The notes under the pieces are model-generated. The model was not told the origin of the DNA. It did not search any database and saw only the letters and a list, made by a program, of their open reading frames with translations. This document shows positions 18,976 to 27,920 of a stretch of DNA of 64,000 nt, one piece after another. Position numbers and translations under genes: made by a program. Position 1 is the stretch's first letter. Each line of letters starts with the position of its first letter. The DNA comes from a virus (Duplodnaviria; Caudoviricetes), in the IMG/VR virus record IMGVR_UViG_3300018475_000120, positions 1-64,000 of that record; one strand, 5' to 3'.

Positions 18976-19158
18976 ATGCCTAAGTGCCCTCACTGTGGAA
19001 GCACCACAGTTGAAGAATACGAAACGGAATATTTTGAAGATTCTCCCGATGAAGTGCTTGTTGTCCGCCATTATTTTTGTGGTGGTGGTTGCGGCTTGTC
19101 CTATACTGGCACTACTGCCTATAAAAAAGACGGTGAAGAAGAAATTGAGGAGGGATAA
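18976..19158 (+). CDS. Small zinc-ribbon protein
   Basis: CPHCGS...CGGGCG. Confidence 0.65.
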   Translation: MPKCPHCGSTTVEEYETEYFEDSPDEVLVVRHYFCGGGCGLSYTGTTAYKKDGEEEIEEG

Positions 19159-19163
19159 CAAAA

Positions 19164-19361
19164 ATGGAAAAGTGGAATTTACTGAGGGTAATTGAAGTTT
19201 GTATTACTCAAAATTGGAGAGACCGAAATCAGAAAGACCTATATCCTTGCGAAGTGTTCCCAGAACTTGACTTTCCTCAGGGCAATTGCGAGGGCGATTG
19301 CGGGCGGTGTCTACTCAATGTGATTAATGAGGAGGAGGAGGAAGAGGATGAAAACATCTAA
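19164..19361 (+). CDS. Small Cys-rich acidic protein
   Basis: GAGGAGG RBS. Confidence 0.6.
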   Translation: MEKWNLLRVIEVCITQNWRDRNQKDLYPCEVFPELDFPQGNCEGDCGRCLLNVINEEEEEEDENI

Positions 19362-19510
19362 CTCCTTCTTATCTTTATCTGTTTAACAGATAAACTTCCA
19401 CTCTTCCCCGAGTTAGTTATGACTAATCATTATTTTTCATCTCCTTCTTCGCCTTCCCTCCACCCTTGCCCGCACCCTTCGCCGCGGCCCTATATAATAC
19501 CTACCCCTAC

Positions 19511-19790
19511 GAGCTGGAAGCTGGAAAGCTGCAACTTTCCCTGAAAGAGGCTGGGAAGCTGGGCCGCGTAAGACAGCTGGGATGAGCTGGAAAAAATTTC
19601 CATTTTATCTAATTTTTGGTAGAAGCTGGATAAAAAATAAAATAAAATTTAAAATAAATTAAATAAAATAAAAATAAAATTAAATAAAAAGAAATAAAAT
19701 AAAAATAAATAAAATAAAAAATAAATAAAAGTAAATAAAATAAAAATAAATTTCTTTTATTTTAATATAAAAATAATTATTACATTCTAT
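19511..19790. repeat. AGCTG(G) repeat cluster followed by a ~150-bp almost pure A/T tract
   Basis: GAGCTGGAAGCTGGAAAGCTG... at 19511-19630, then (AAAAT)n-like tract 19630-19780. Confidence 0.75.
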
Positions 19791-20080
19791 ATTTTTCCAC
19801 GCTATTTTCTTTTTATATACTCCTCTCCAGGCTGGGCCGCATCCTTCCTTTTCCCTAAAAGTTCCGTAGAAGCTGCAACTTAGGCCGCACCAAAAATTTC
19901 TATTTTTCCTAAAATTTTACTACAAATTTTTACAGTGAAAATTTGAAAAAAGTAAAAATCTATTTTATAATATATACATAAGGTTGAGAGAGAAATATAA
20001 ACTCTCCCTCGCCGCAATAATATGGGAAGGAAAACCCAACAAACCAACAGCACAAAGGATGCTGTAAGGAGATAATAACT

Positions 20081-20599
20081 ATGGCTTTTGAAACTCGCGA
20101 CGCTCTGCGCGCACAGGTAATCAACACTCTACTCAATACTTTCCCCGGTGCTCAGAAGGTTGTAGGCGGCGTGGCCTACCATTCTGATGTTGTTGATGAG
20201 GAAACTGGTCTGCTCTTCCCTGTTGAACTCAAGGTAACTGTAAAGAACACTAAGGACACCGCTCGTTCCAAGGCTTATGACCTGGATGCCGAAGTCGAAA
20301 AGGCTGCTAATCGTCCTGGCCGTCGTGTTGCCGACCCCGCTAAGAAGGCCGAACAGGAAGCCGCTAAGGCTGCCGCTGCTGAGCGCAAGGCCGCTAATAT
20401 GGCTATTCTTAAGAAGTGGGTTGAGGCTAATCTGCCCGCTGAAGGTATGATTCCCTCTAAGGTGCTTGAGGCTTGTGAGGAACTGTCTCATCTTAATAAC
20501 ATGCAGATGGGCACTCTGCTGACTGCTCTGGCTAATGAAGGCGTGCTGACTTACACCCTCGACGAAAAACGTAGAAAAGTTTATACGTTGGTTGGTTAA
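20081..20599 (+). CDS. Putative DNA-binding protein, paralogue family
   Basis: VTVKNTKDT..KAYDL; NMQMGTLLTAL...KRRKVY; strong codon bias. Confidence 0.7.
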   Translation: MAFETRDALRAQVINTLLNTFPGAQKVVGGVAYHSDVVDEETGLLFPVELKVTVKNTKDTARSKAYDLDAEVEKAANRPGRRVADPAKKAEQEAAKAAAAERKAANMAILKKWVEANLPAEGMIPSKVLEACEELSHLNNMQMGTLLTALANEGVLTYTLDEKRRKVYTLVG

Positions 20600-20719
20600 A
20601 AATCCAATGAGAAGGTTAAGAGATTAACCTTCTTTTTTTTGTTGAGCAGCACTTTAGTGGACTAAAGTAAAATGTATAAGAAAAAGATAAAATATAAAAT
20701 AAAAATTAGTATATCATTT

Positions 20720-20832
20720 TGTCTCAAATAGAGACATTTTGCCGCAAACCTTTCTGTCTCATTTTGAGAATACCATCGTCTCTTTTTGAGACAGGTCCGT
20801 CTCATTTTGAGAAAATTTGTCTCAATTTGAGT
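20720..20832. repeat. Iteron-like cluster 1: five GTCTCA-n3-TGAGA palindromes
   Basis: TGTCTCAAATAGAGACA, TGTCTCATTTTGAGA, GTCTCTTTTTGAGACA, GTCTCATTTTGAGA, TGTCTCAATTTGAG. Confidence 0.75.
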
Positions 20833-20922
20833 AGAGAAATATAACAATATAACATATATATAACATTTAAAATTACATTTACGAGCGCATTGCGCTCGTG
20901 AAAAGAAAAAAAGAAAGTGCCT

Positions 20923-21237
20923 TCATTGTGAAGGCACTTGATAAAATCGATACCCATTGCCACTCTCTGGCACAAGATATCCTTTTGTAATTAATTCTTC
21001 TATCCCACGATAATAACTATTCTTATCTATTCCACATTGTTTGCAGGCCACGCACGATAACTCAAAATTATGATATGCTTGATTTTTAGAGAAATATATC
21101 CACATCTTAAAACCGGCATAAGTTAAATTAGCCATAGCCGCAAAGATTGCTTCTTGATTAACCTTTATATAAATATTTTGAGTATCGCATGGCGCTAATA
21201 CGCTACCATAAATTTTTCTTTGATTCGCCACTGACAT
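20923..21237 (-). CDS. Winged-helix protein (Rep-like/HTH)
   Basis: KMWIYF...GIDKNSYYRGIEELITKGYLV; GGAGG RBS. Confidence 0.65.
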   Translation of the reverse strand: MSVANQRKIYGSVLAPCDTQNIYIKVNQEAIFAAMANLTYAGFKMWIYFSKNQAYHNFELSCVACKQCGIDKNSYYRGIEELITKGYLVPESGNGYRFYQVPSQ

Positions 21238-21260
21238 TTATGTATCCTCCTGCCATCATC

Positions 21261-21425
21261 TTATCTTTTATACTGATGAATGGCTTCGTGTAAAGCGGGA
21301 CTATCTTCAAAGACCCAAACGCAATATTTAGGGTTATCCTTGTTGCACTCTATTCTTTTATAGCGAAACCCTTTTTCGAGCAAAAAACGCATTAAATTAA
21401 GATTATAAATTCTCGACTCTTTCAT
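21261..21425 (-). CDS. Small hypothetical protein (DUF5659-like)
   Basis: MKESRIYNLNLMRFLLEKGF...NPKYCVWVFEDS; GGAGG RBS; missing from ORF track. Confidence 0.6.
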   Translation of the reverse strand: MKESRIYNLNLMRFLLEKGFRYKRIECNKDNPKYCVWVFEDSPALHEAIHQYKR

Positions 21426-21519
21426 AGCGCCCTCCTAATTCTTCTTATTATATTTTATCATAGAAATTAGAATAATACAAATTTTATTTTATTCGCGCAA
21501 TTTCATTTTGTTATCCTAT

Positions 21520-21735
21520 TTATTTTTTAGAGTGCAATTTCATTTCCCAAAGTTCATTACATAGCCCCACAAACTTTTCGTAATTTGAAAATGTAATATT
21601 CCCCGCACAACCGTGTAGAATATTATATAAGGTCCGTATGTTAAGCCCCCATTTGCGGCAAGCCGCGGCTTGGTTAAAAGAAATGGAATTGGCAAAAGCC
21701 ACAAGTTCTTCCAGAGTAGGATATTTATATTTCAT
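21520..21735 (-). CDS. Small HTH protein
   Basis: QAAACRKWGLNIRTLYNIL; GAGGTG RBS. Confidence 0.6.
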   Translation of the reverse strand: MKYKYPTLEELVAFANSISFNQAAACRKWGLNIRTLYNILHGCAGNITFSNYEKFVGLCNELWEMKLHSKK

Positions 21736-22205
21736 TTTTATCACCTCAACATAATAGTGCGAACCAGAAATATATTTCAAGATTTTGTTTTCCGCCCCCC
21801 CTTTATTTTTTTGCTATACAAATTTTTTAACATTAAACTTTAAAATTTGCCGCAACCCCTCTCTGGAAAATTTTGAAATAATAGTTTAAAATTACGAGGT
21901 AAAAAATAGCATTAAACATATAAATTTTTCGGGATAGCAATACTCATACGGAAAAGAATATAAATGTTATAAAAATCATAGCGGCAGTTTAACTACCAAA
22001 ATTTTCCATTTAGCACAATTTCTGGAAGTAAAATGAAATAAAAGAAATTGACAAAAATAAAATTTTATGTTATTATTAATTATAATAACAATTTAATTAA
22101 TTAGAAAAATTTTTAGAAAATAGAGGCCGCATTTACACCTATAGTATAGAAAGGCTTATTTTATTTTTGACCGCCATTTCTATTTTCTAAAATCTGGAGG
22201 CCGCA

Positions 22206-22397
22206 ATGACACAGCAAGAACTATTCAACAAATTAGAAAACTATCGCATTAATAACGACCAAGATGTCCCTACCTTTGTAAAGCAAATTGGTATCAGTCC
22301 CGCAACTTATTACAATTGGAAGAAAGGCGCCCCGCCTAAGGCGCTAGAAATCGCACTTAATATTTTAGAGATTTTTCCTAAACTGGAGGAGGAATAA
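22206..22397 (+). CDS. XRE-type HTH protein
   Basis: FVKQIGISPATYYNWKKG. Confidence 0.75.
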   Translation: MTQQELFNKLENYRINNDQDVPTFVKQIGISPATYYNWKKGAPPKALEIALNILEIFPKLEEE

Positions 22398-22398
22398 A

Positions 22399-22782
22399 AT
22401 GGATACGATTATTAAAGAAAGACGCTTAGATGAAATAGCCGCTCTATTGCGGCAAGGCCTATCACAACGTGAAGTCGCAGAACGATTAAATATTCCCAAA
22501 AGCACCCTAAATGACCGATATCAACTTATCAAGACTAAATTTCCTTATCTTTTAGAAGAGCCCTCTAATTCACACAATTTCATTTTCCATAAGTCCTTTT
22601 ATGATATATATCAAATTTTAAAAACAAAATCAAAAGATACCGCCCTACTTTATTTAGATTCTATTTTAGAATATGCTTTTAACAACACTACCCCCGATGA
22701 AAATACTCCAATTTTAGTTTACAAAAATTTCCTTAATGCACAATTTCAAATTGATTCCGATAATGGGAGGTCTACTCTATGA
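22399..22782 (+). CDS. HTH protein with DUF6291-like C-terminal region
   Basis: GLSQREVAERLNIPKSTL; FIFHKSFY...ILEYAF. Confidence 0.7.
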   Translation: MDTIIKERRLDEIAALLRQGLSQREVAERLNIPKSTLNDRYQLIKTKFPYLLEEPSNSHNFIFHKSFYDIYQILKTKSKDTALLYLDSILEYAFNNTTPDENTPILVYKNFLNAQFQIDSDNGRSTL

Positions 22783-23513
22783 CAGAACCAACAGGTTTAA
22801 TGTTCCCCCGCCAAGAAAATGATGATAAATATTATCGCAATATTTCTTTAGAGGATACTTTTATGAATTATAGTGTCGATGATTTATTATATGCTTTTAT
22901 GAATTATCACGCTACATATGACCCCAACACACAAGAATATTACTTAACAGAACGTAGTTGGACGCGATATAGACCGCTATTAAAGAGTATTATCAATACG
23001 CGCAACTGCCGCAATCATTTAAATTCCTTAATAGCAAAAGGAATTGTAATCCACGACACAGAACGAATGCGCTATATATTCCCCCATAATGGTTTTAAAA
23101 AATACCAGCAAGTAAATAATAGTATGTTATATTATTTAATTATTACTTCCAATATGAATGTAATAAAAATTTATATACATTTATTAAACAAATGGTTATG
23201 GAAAAACAAAACAAAAGAACCATATTATTTTACTTTAAAAGAATTGCGCGAAACCTTAGGGTATAGCGGTAGCGATAATGCCGGTGTAGATGACGCCCTC
23301 CATACTATTTTATTTTCAATTTCAAAACAAGGCATTATTGATGCTACTCCTACTTATCTAAGTATTAACCCCAATACCCCTCCCTCCCCGGTCTTTCAAC
23401 TCGACTTTGTCGCGCAAAATCCCAAGGAGTTTAAGAACATCCCTACTGAAAAAGCAATGCTATTGGCGGACAAACGTCATACTACTAAAAATATCACGAG
23501 TGGTAAAAAGTGA
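22779..23513 (+). CDS. Putative replication-initiator-like winged-helix protein
   Basis: IKIYIHLL...FTLKELRETLGYS; next to an iteron-like cluster. Confidence 0.55.
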   Translation: MTEPTGLMFPRQENDDKYYRNISLEDTFMNYSVDDLLYAFMNYHATYDPNTQEYYLTERSWTRYRPLLKSIINTRNCRNHLNSLIAKGIVIHDTERMRYIFPHNGFKKYQQVNNSMLYYLIITSNMNVIKIYIHLLNKWLWKNKTKEPYYFTLKELRETLGYSGSDNAGVDDALHTILFSISKQGIIDATPTYLSINPNTPPSPVFQLDFVAQNPKEFKNIPTEKAMLLADKRHTTKNITSGKK

Positions 23514-23781
23514 TACTATATTATTTTCGTCGATATCAAATATACAAAAGTGGTAAAAAACACACGAGCATCGTCAGGTCAGAACGACAAATTCATCAGG
23601 GAACGGTTGAACAAAAATATCAGGTTAGGAAGACAAAATCATCAGGGATATCCTAATAGTTAATAAAGAGTTATATCCTAATAGTTTATAAAAATTCTTT
23701 TACGCGGCTGAGGCCGCGAGAAAAGTGGGGAGTTTTGAAAGATATAATTAAATAAAATAATATAGGTTTATAAAGATTAGT

Positions 23782-23985
23782 CTGCCAATTTGGCAGCCTC
23801 GTCAAAAAAAATGAAGACAACAACGAAAATAGAAAACCACGAGTTTTCTGCCAATTTGGCAGCCGGGGCGGAACTTGTTAACATAAATGATAATAAAACT
23901 CACGGCAAAGACATTTTTTCATAGACTGCCAAAATGGCAGCGGGTCCCTGCCAAAATGGCAGTATTGACTGCCAAATTGGCAAGA
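23782..23985. repeat. Iteron-like cluster 2: five CTGCCAA-n-TTGGCAG-type palindromes
   Basis: Copies at ~23782, 23848, 23926, 23948, 23969. Confidence 0.75.
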
Positions 23986-24605
23986 GAAATACAACAGAAA
24001 CAACAGATAAAATAAAAGAAGAGAAAAAGCAAAGTAATGTTCCAATAAAACTTACGCGCGACGAAACGAATAAATTATTAGAGAATTTGCGGTTTGAAAA
24101 AGATTATAAAATACAAAACGGTATAATAACAATTTTTAAAACCAATCAAACATACCTGTTGCCGCAGATATAATAATAAAAAATGGTAAAAAAATCATAC
24201 AACTCATCGTGTCAGGTAAAATAAAATAGATATAGAAAACCAGAGAGGAAACTCTCTGGTTTTTCGTTTGGAATAAAATTTTAATATCTGGGAAATTTTT
24301 CTCCTTGAAATAGGTGTGATTTTTTACTTGTTTATGACGAAATAAATAATTATTTTGACAAGCGAAAAATTTGGATTTCTGGAAAATATGAGGCAGACAC
24401 TACCCTTCCTTCCTATTTTTCCTTTCTACCCACCCTCTCCCCTTTTATTTTGGCCCTCATCCTTAATAAAATCGGAACCCTCCCCTCACCTTTTGGTTTT
24501 TATTAATTATATTACCCTAAAATCAAATAGGAAGTCCTTCATATCAAATCTCCTTCTAAATTTTTTCCCCTGTCGAAAAATTATTTAAAAGCCATAATAA
24601 GGAGT

Positions 24606-24797
24606 GTGATTATTTTGGCTTATAGAATTATGTCCAACCCAACTGACATTACTCCCACCTTCGCCGTAGATAATGTAGCGGACCTTCAAGAAATCCTTAA
24701 AGACCGCCATTATAACGAGCAAGGCACGGCCGCCATTGTTATCTCCACTGGCGATGTTTATATGTTAGACAGTGATAGAAATTGGGTTAAACTATAA
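24606..24797 (+). CDS. Small hypothetical virion-associated protein
   Basis: GTAAIVISTGDVYMLDSDRNWVKL; first gene of the structural block. Confidence 0.65.
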   Translation: MIILAYRIMSNPTDITPTFAVDNVADLQEILKDRHYNEQGTAAIVISTGDVYMLDSDRNWVKL

Positions 24798-24814
24798 GGA
24801 GGGCATAACTAAAA

Positions 24815-25228
24815 ATGTTTGATGTTGTTACTTATGCCCTCGTAAAAAAACTTGTAGGCTAGGCCGCATCCGGCATAACAAACGTAGAATTTAAGGACGG
24901 CAAACTAATCTTTACCCTATCTGATGGTTCTACTATTGAAACTCCTCTCGACATCAGCAGTGGAGTGGCTGGCGCCAGCCTCAATGAAGAAGGAGCCCTC
25001 GTTATTGAATTCAGCGATGGAACCTCCTTAACCTATGCGGCCGCCCTAAAGGAAGATTTACAAAAAGTTGAAGAAAAAGTTAGCGACTTAGGAAAAAACC
25101 TTGAAAACCTAACTCAATCTCACAACACCCTAAGTGAGGGCCATACTGCCTTATCCCAATCCTTTGAAGACCTGGGGTTATCGGTAGTAGATGGCCAACT
25201 TAATATAACTTACGAAGAAGGAGAATGA
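24815..25228 (+). CDS. Structural protein (TAG=Gln at 24860)
   Basis: GGAGG RBS, MFDVVTYALVKKLVG*AASGIT..., in frame with ORF 24965. Confidence 0.75.
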
Positions 25229-25233
25229 ATAGC

Positions 25234-25773
25234 ATGAGTAAAATAACTTCTCCTATTCTCCTTGACAAAACAGGCCAAGACCTCAACGTAAGTTTATAGG
25301 AAATTCGTGACGTATTAGCGGGTTTGCGCAACAACTCCATTAACGACGATATTGTTTCTCCCCTCAGCACTTGGAGTAGCGAAAAAATTATCAAAACTTT
25401 CGCAACCGTAAAAACTCAAACCGGCACCTCCATTACTTTTGAACCAATAGAAACAACTACCATCATCGTAAAAAGCACTGTTGCGGCCCAGGGCACCATC
25501 ACTTTAACCCATAGCGACGAAACAGGCACTTCCGCATCCTATACGATTGCCCTACCCGCCGCAGGCACATATAATTGGAACACCGGTATTTTTACCGCTG
25601 CTTCCAATAACACCACTACTACCCTAAAACGCCACGACATTGTAGGTATGGAAGGCCGCAATACTTTAAGCATCAGTAGCGGCACCATAGAAATCACCTA
25701 TAAATCCCTATAGGCTCCTGAGGCCCCTACCTGGACTGTTATTAATGGCGGAAGTTCCGCCGAGGAGCAATGA
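25234..25773 (+). CDS. Structural protein (TAG=Gln at 25297 and 25711)
   Basis: MSKITSPILLDKTGQ...; readthrough ends WTVINGGSSAEEQ-TGA next to the following start. Confidence 0.75.
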
Positions 25774-25778
25774 TAAAG

Positions 25779-27437
25779 ATGGCTATTTTAAAGACTAAAA
25801 TTGTTCTTCGTAATGACCTCGCTGAAAAATGGCTTTTAAATAACCCTACCCTCCTTGCTGGTGAAGCCGGCTTTGAGACCGATACAGGCTTATTTAAAAT
25901 TGGTAATGGCACCTCCGATTGGAAGAGTCTTCCCTATGCCAATGAATTTCAAGCGACCAATGGTGACGAACAATCCATCCACCTTTCCGAAGATGGCATC
26001 CTTACCCTCGTAAATTGGGAGCAAAAATATTTTGCTTGGAATGCCGAAACCAAGTCTTATGAAGAAACCGCTGGTTGGAAAGTAGGCTTAGAGCCCAAAG
26101 TAGGCCCTGATGGCTTACTAAATTGGTATGAGCCCAATCCCTCCACCCTAGACGGTGTAGAATCTTCTATTGCTACTTTAACTACTACTACCGAAACCCA
26201 CACTAAAGAAATTGCGGCCCTACAAGAAGCAGCCGCCAACCATCTTAAACTAAGCGGCGGCGCTCTAACCGGCGACCTACTATTAGCCGATGGTTATAAG
26301 GCCGCTTCTGAACAAGTAGTAGATACCAAAATTGCTTCCGCAATTCAAAGCGCAGGCCACTTAAAACGCGAAATCGTAGAAGTTCTTCCTGCGGTGGCTG
26401 AAGCCGACTTAGATACAATCTATATGATTAAGAGCGGCACCACCACTTCTGGCGACCTTTATAGCGAATGGATGGTCATTAATGGTGTGTTCGAACAAAT
26501 TGGCGACACCAGTGTTGACCTAAGCGATTATCTACGCAAAGTAGAAGGTGCTGTTCACGGCAACGTTGCGGCCCTGGATGCTAATGGCGTTTTAATTGAT
26601 GGAGAAATCGCGGCCCAGGCCATTAAAGGGCATTTAGAAGACGAAGAAATTCATATTTCTAGTGAAGAGCGCACTCTCTGGAACGAAGCTTCTACTCTCG
26701 CTTCTGAAAATGCCAACTCTATTGCGGCACTAGCGGCCTCTGTAGAGACTCAGAAATACGTAATCTTCTCTAAGCCCGTCGGCACTTCTGTCCGCTATAG
26801 CGACGATGAAATCCGTGTAATGGTGCCTGCTGATTATGTTTGGGAAAAACAAAATGTAGGCGCTACTGGCAATGCCAATATGTATTATATGGGCTTCCGT
26901 GCTTATGCTCCTGCTAATGCCGCAACCTTTAAAGAAGGCGACCAAGGCGTTATTGTAGACGAGATCTTAGACTTTAGCGGCGATTTCGCTGGTATTGATG
27001 CCTATGGCCGCAAATACAGCACTGTATGGTTAGCTCTTGCTTCCTATAATGCGGAAACTGATACTTGGACTTACTTTGGCGCACAATCTTCTACTCAACG
27101 CTACATTGGTTGGACTTACGTTGTTGAGTGGTATGATGAGAATGGCGTTCTAATTTCTAGCGACAGCATCCGCATCAACCTAAGCAATGAATCTTGCCAT
27201 TTAGCGGTCAAACCCTATTATATGGGTAGTGTAGTTAATACCGTTAAGGTTAATGGCACTGCTCTTGAAACCATTAACAACACTGTTGAATTTGGTGTAG
27301 ACGATGTTGTTAAAGGCTCTGAAGAAGTTACTGTAAGCGAAGAAGGCACCTTAGGCTTAGGCCTTGTTCCTTTTAGCAAACTCTACGTTGACGATGAAGA
27401 CGAAGTCATCATCGGTGGCGGCGGCAGCGACTTTTAA
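25779..27437 (+). CDS. Tail fibre/virion protein with Mtd_N (hyaluronidase-type) N-terminal domain
   Basis: LRNDLAEKWLLNNPTLLAGEAGFETDT..FKIGNG. Confidence 0.8.
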   Translation: MAILKTKIVLRNDLAEKWLLNNPTLLAGEAGFETDTGLFKIGNGTSDWKSLPYANEFQATNGDEQSIHLSEDGILTLVNWEQKYFAWNAETKSYEETAGWKVGLEPKVGPDGLLNWYEPNPSTLDGVESSIATLTTTTETHTKEIAALQEAAANHLKLSGGALTGDLLLADGYKAASEQVVDTKIASAIQSAGHLKREIVEVLPAVAEADLDTIYMIKSGTTTSGDLYSEWMVINGVFEQIGDTSVDLSDYLRKVEGAVHGNVAALDANGVLIDGEIAAQAIKGHLEDEEIHISSEERTLWNEASTLASENANSIAALAASVETQKYVIFSKPVGTSVRYSDDEIRVMVPADYVWEKQNVGATGNANMYYMGFRAYAPANAATFKEGDQGVIVDEILDFSGDFAGIDAYGRKYSTVWLALASYNAETDTWTYFGAQSSTQRYIGWTYVVEWYDENGVLISSDSIRINLSNESCHLAVKPYYMGSVVNTVKVNGTALETINNTVEFGVDDVVKGSEEVTVSEEGTLGLGLVPFSKLYVDDEDEVIIGGGGSDF

Positions 27438-27532
27438 TTAGTATACAAAGATTTAAGGGAGCATTTTTAATGAGATAAAAATAGTATATATCTATTTTGC
27501 TTAAATCTTTTATATTTTATTTAAGGTGAAAT

Positions 27533-27907
27533 ATGATGAGTAAGCATAAACAATCTAAAGGTGAAGCAAACATAGAAACTATTTTAAAAGAAAATCATAT
27601 TCTCTATAAAAAAGAATATACTTTCCCAGATTTAGTTTCTCCTAAAAACAAACCTTTGCGGTATGATTTTGCTATTTTAAATCCAAATCATACCGTGCGG
27701 CGTCTCATCGAGTTCGATGGGCCGCAACATAACCAAGCCGTTTCTTATTTTGGTGGTATGCGGCAATATCTTAAAACATGCAACTACGATTATATGAAAG
27801 ATTGTTATGCTCGCTATCGTCATATTCCATTAATACGTATTCCTTACTCTGAACGCGATAACATTACATTAGAAATGTTATTAAGCGATAAATATCTAAT
27901 TAATTGA
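27533..27907 (+). CDS. Free-standing PD-(D/E)XK/Vsr-like endonuclease domain
   Basis: SKGE...LRYDFAI...LIEFDGPQH...LIRIPY; AT-rich insert between fibre genes. Confidence 0.75.
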   Translation: MMSKHKQSKGEANIETILKENHILYKKEYTFPDLVSPKNKPLRYDFAILNPNHTVRRLIEFDGPQHNQAVSYFGGMRQYLKTCNYDYMKDCYARYRHIPLIRIPYSERDNITLEMLLSDKYLIN

Positions 27908-27920
27908 GGTGTATTTTATT

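Larger units (their letters stand above)
7244..19392. repeat. Dispersed 17-bp palindrome TATCTGTTWAACAGATA, 17 copies
   Basis: Copies at ~7244 (variant), 7825, 8420, 8993, 9797, 10355, 11129, 12256, 12587, 13183, 14097 (variant), 15657, 16670, 17683, 18537, 18888, 19376; all intergenic, mostly just upstream of a TTGAC -35. Confidence 0.92.

Noticed and set aside
7244-19392. Palindromic repeats as a CRISPR array
   Set aside because: Spacing is 0.3-1.5 kb with whole genes between copies, the repeat is only 17 bp, and no cas genes are present
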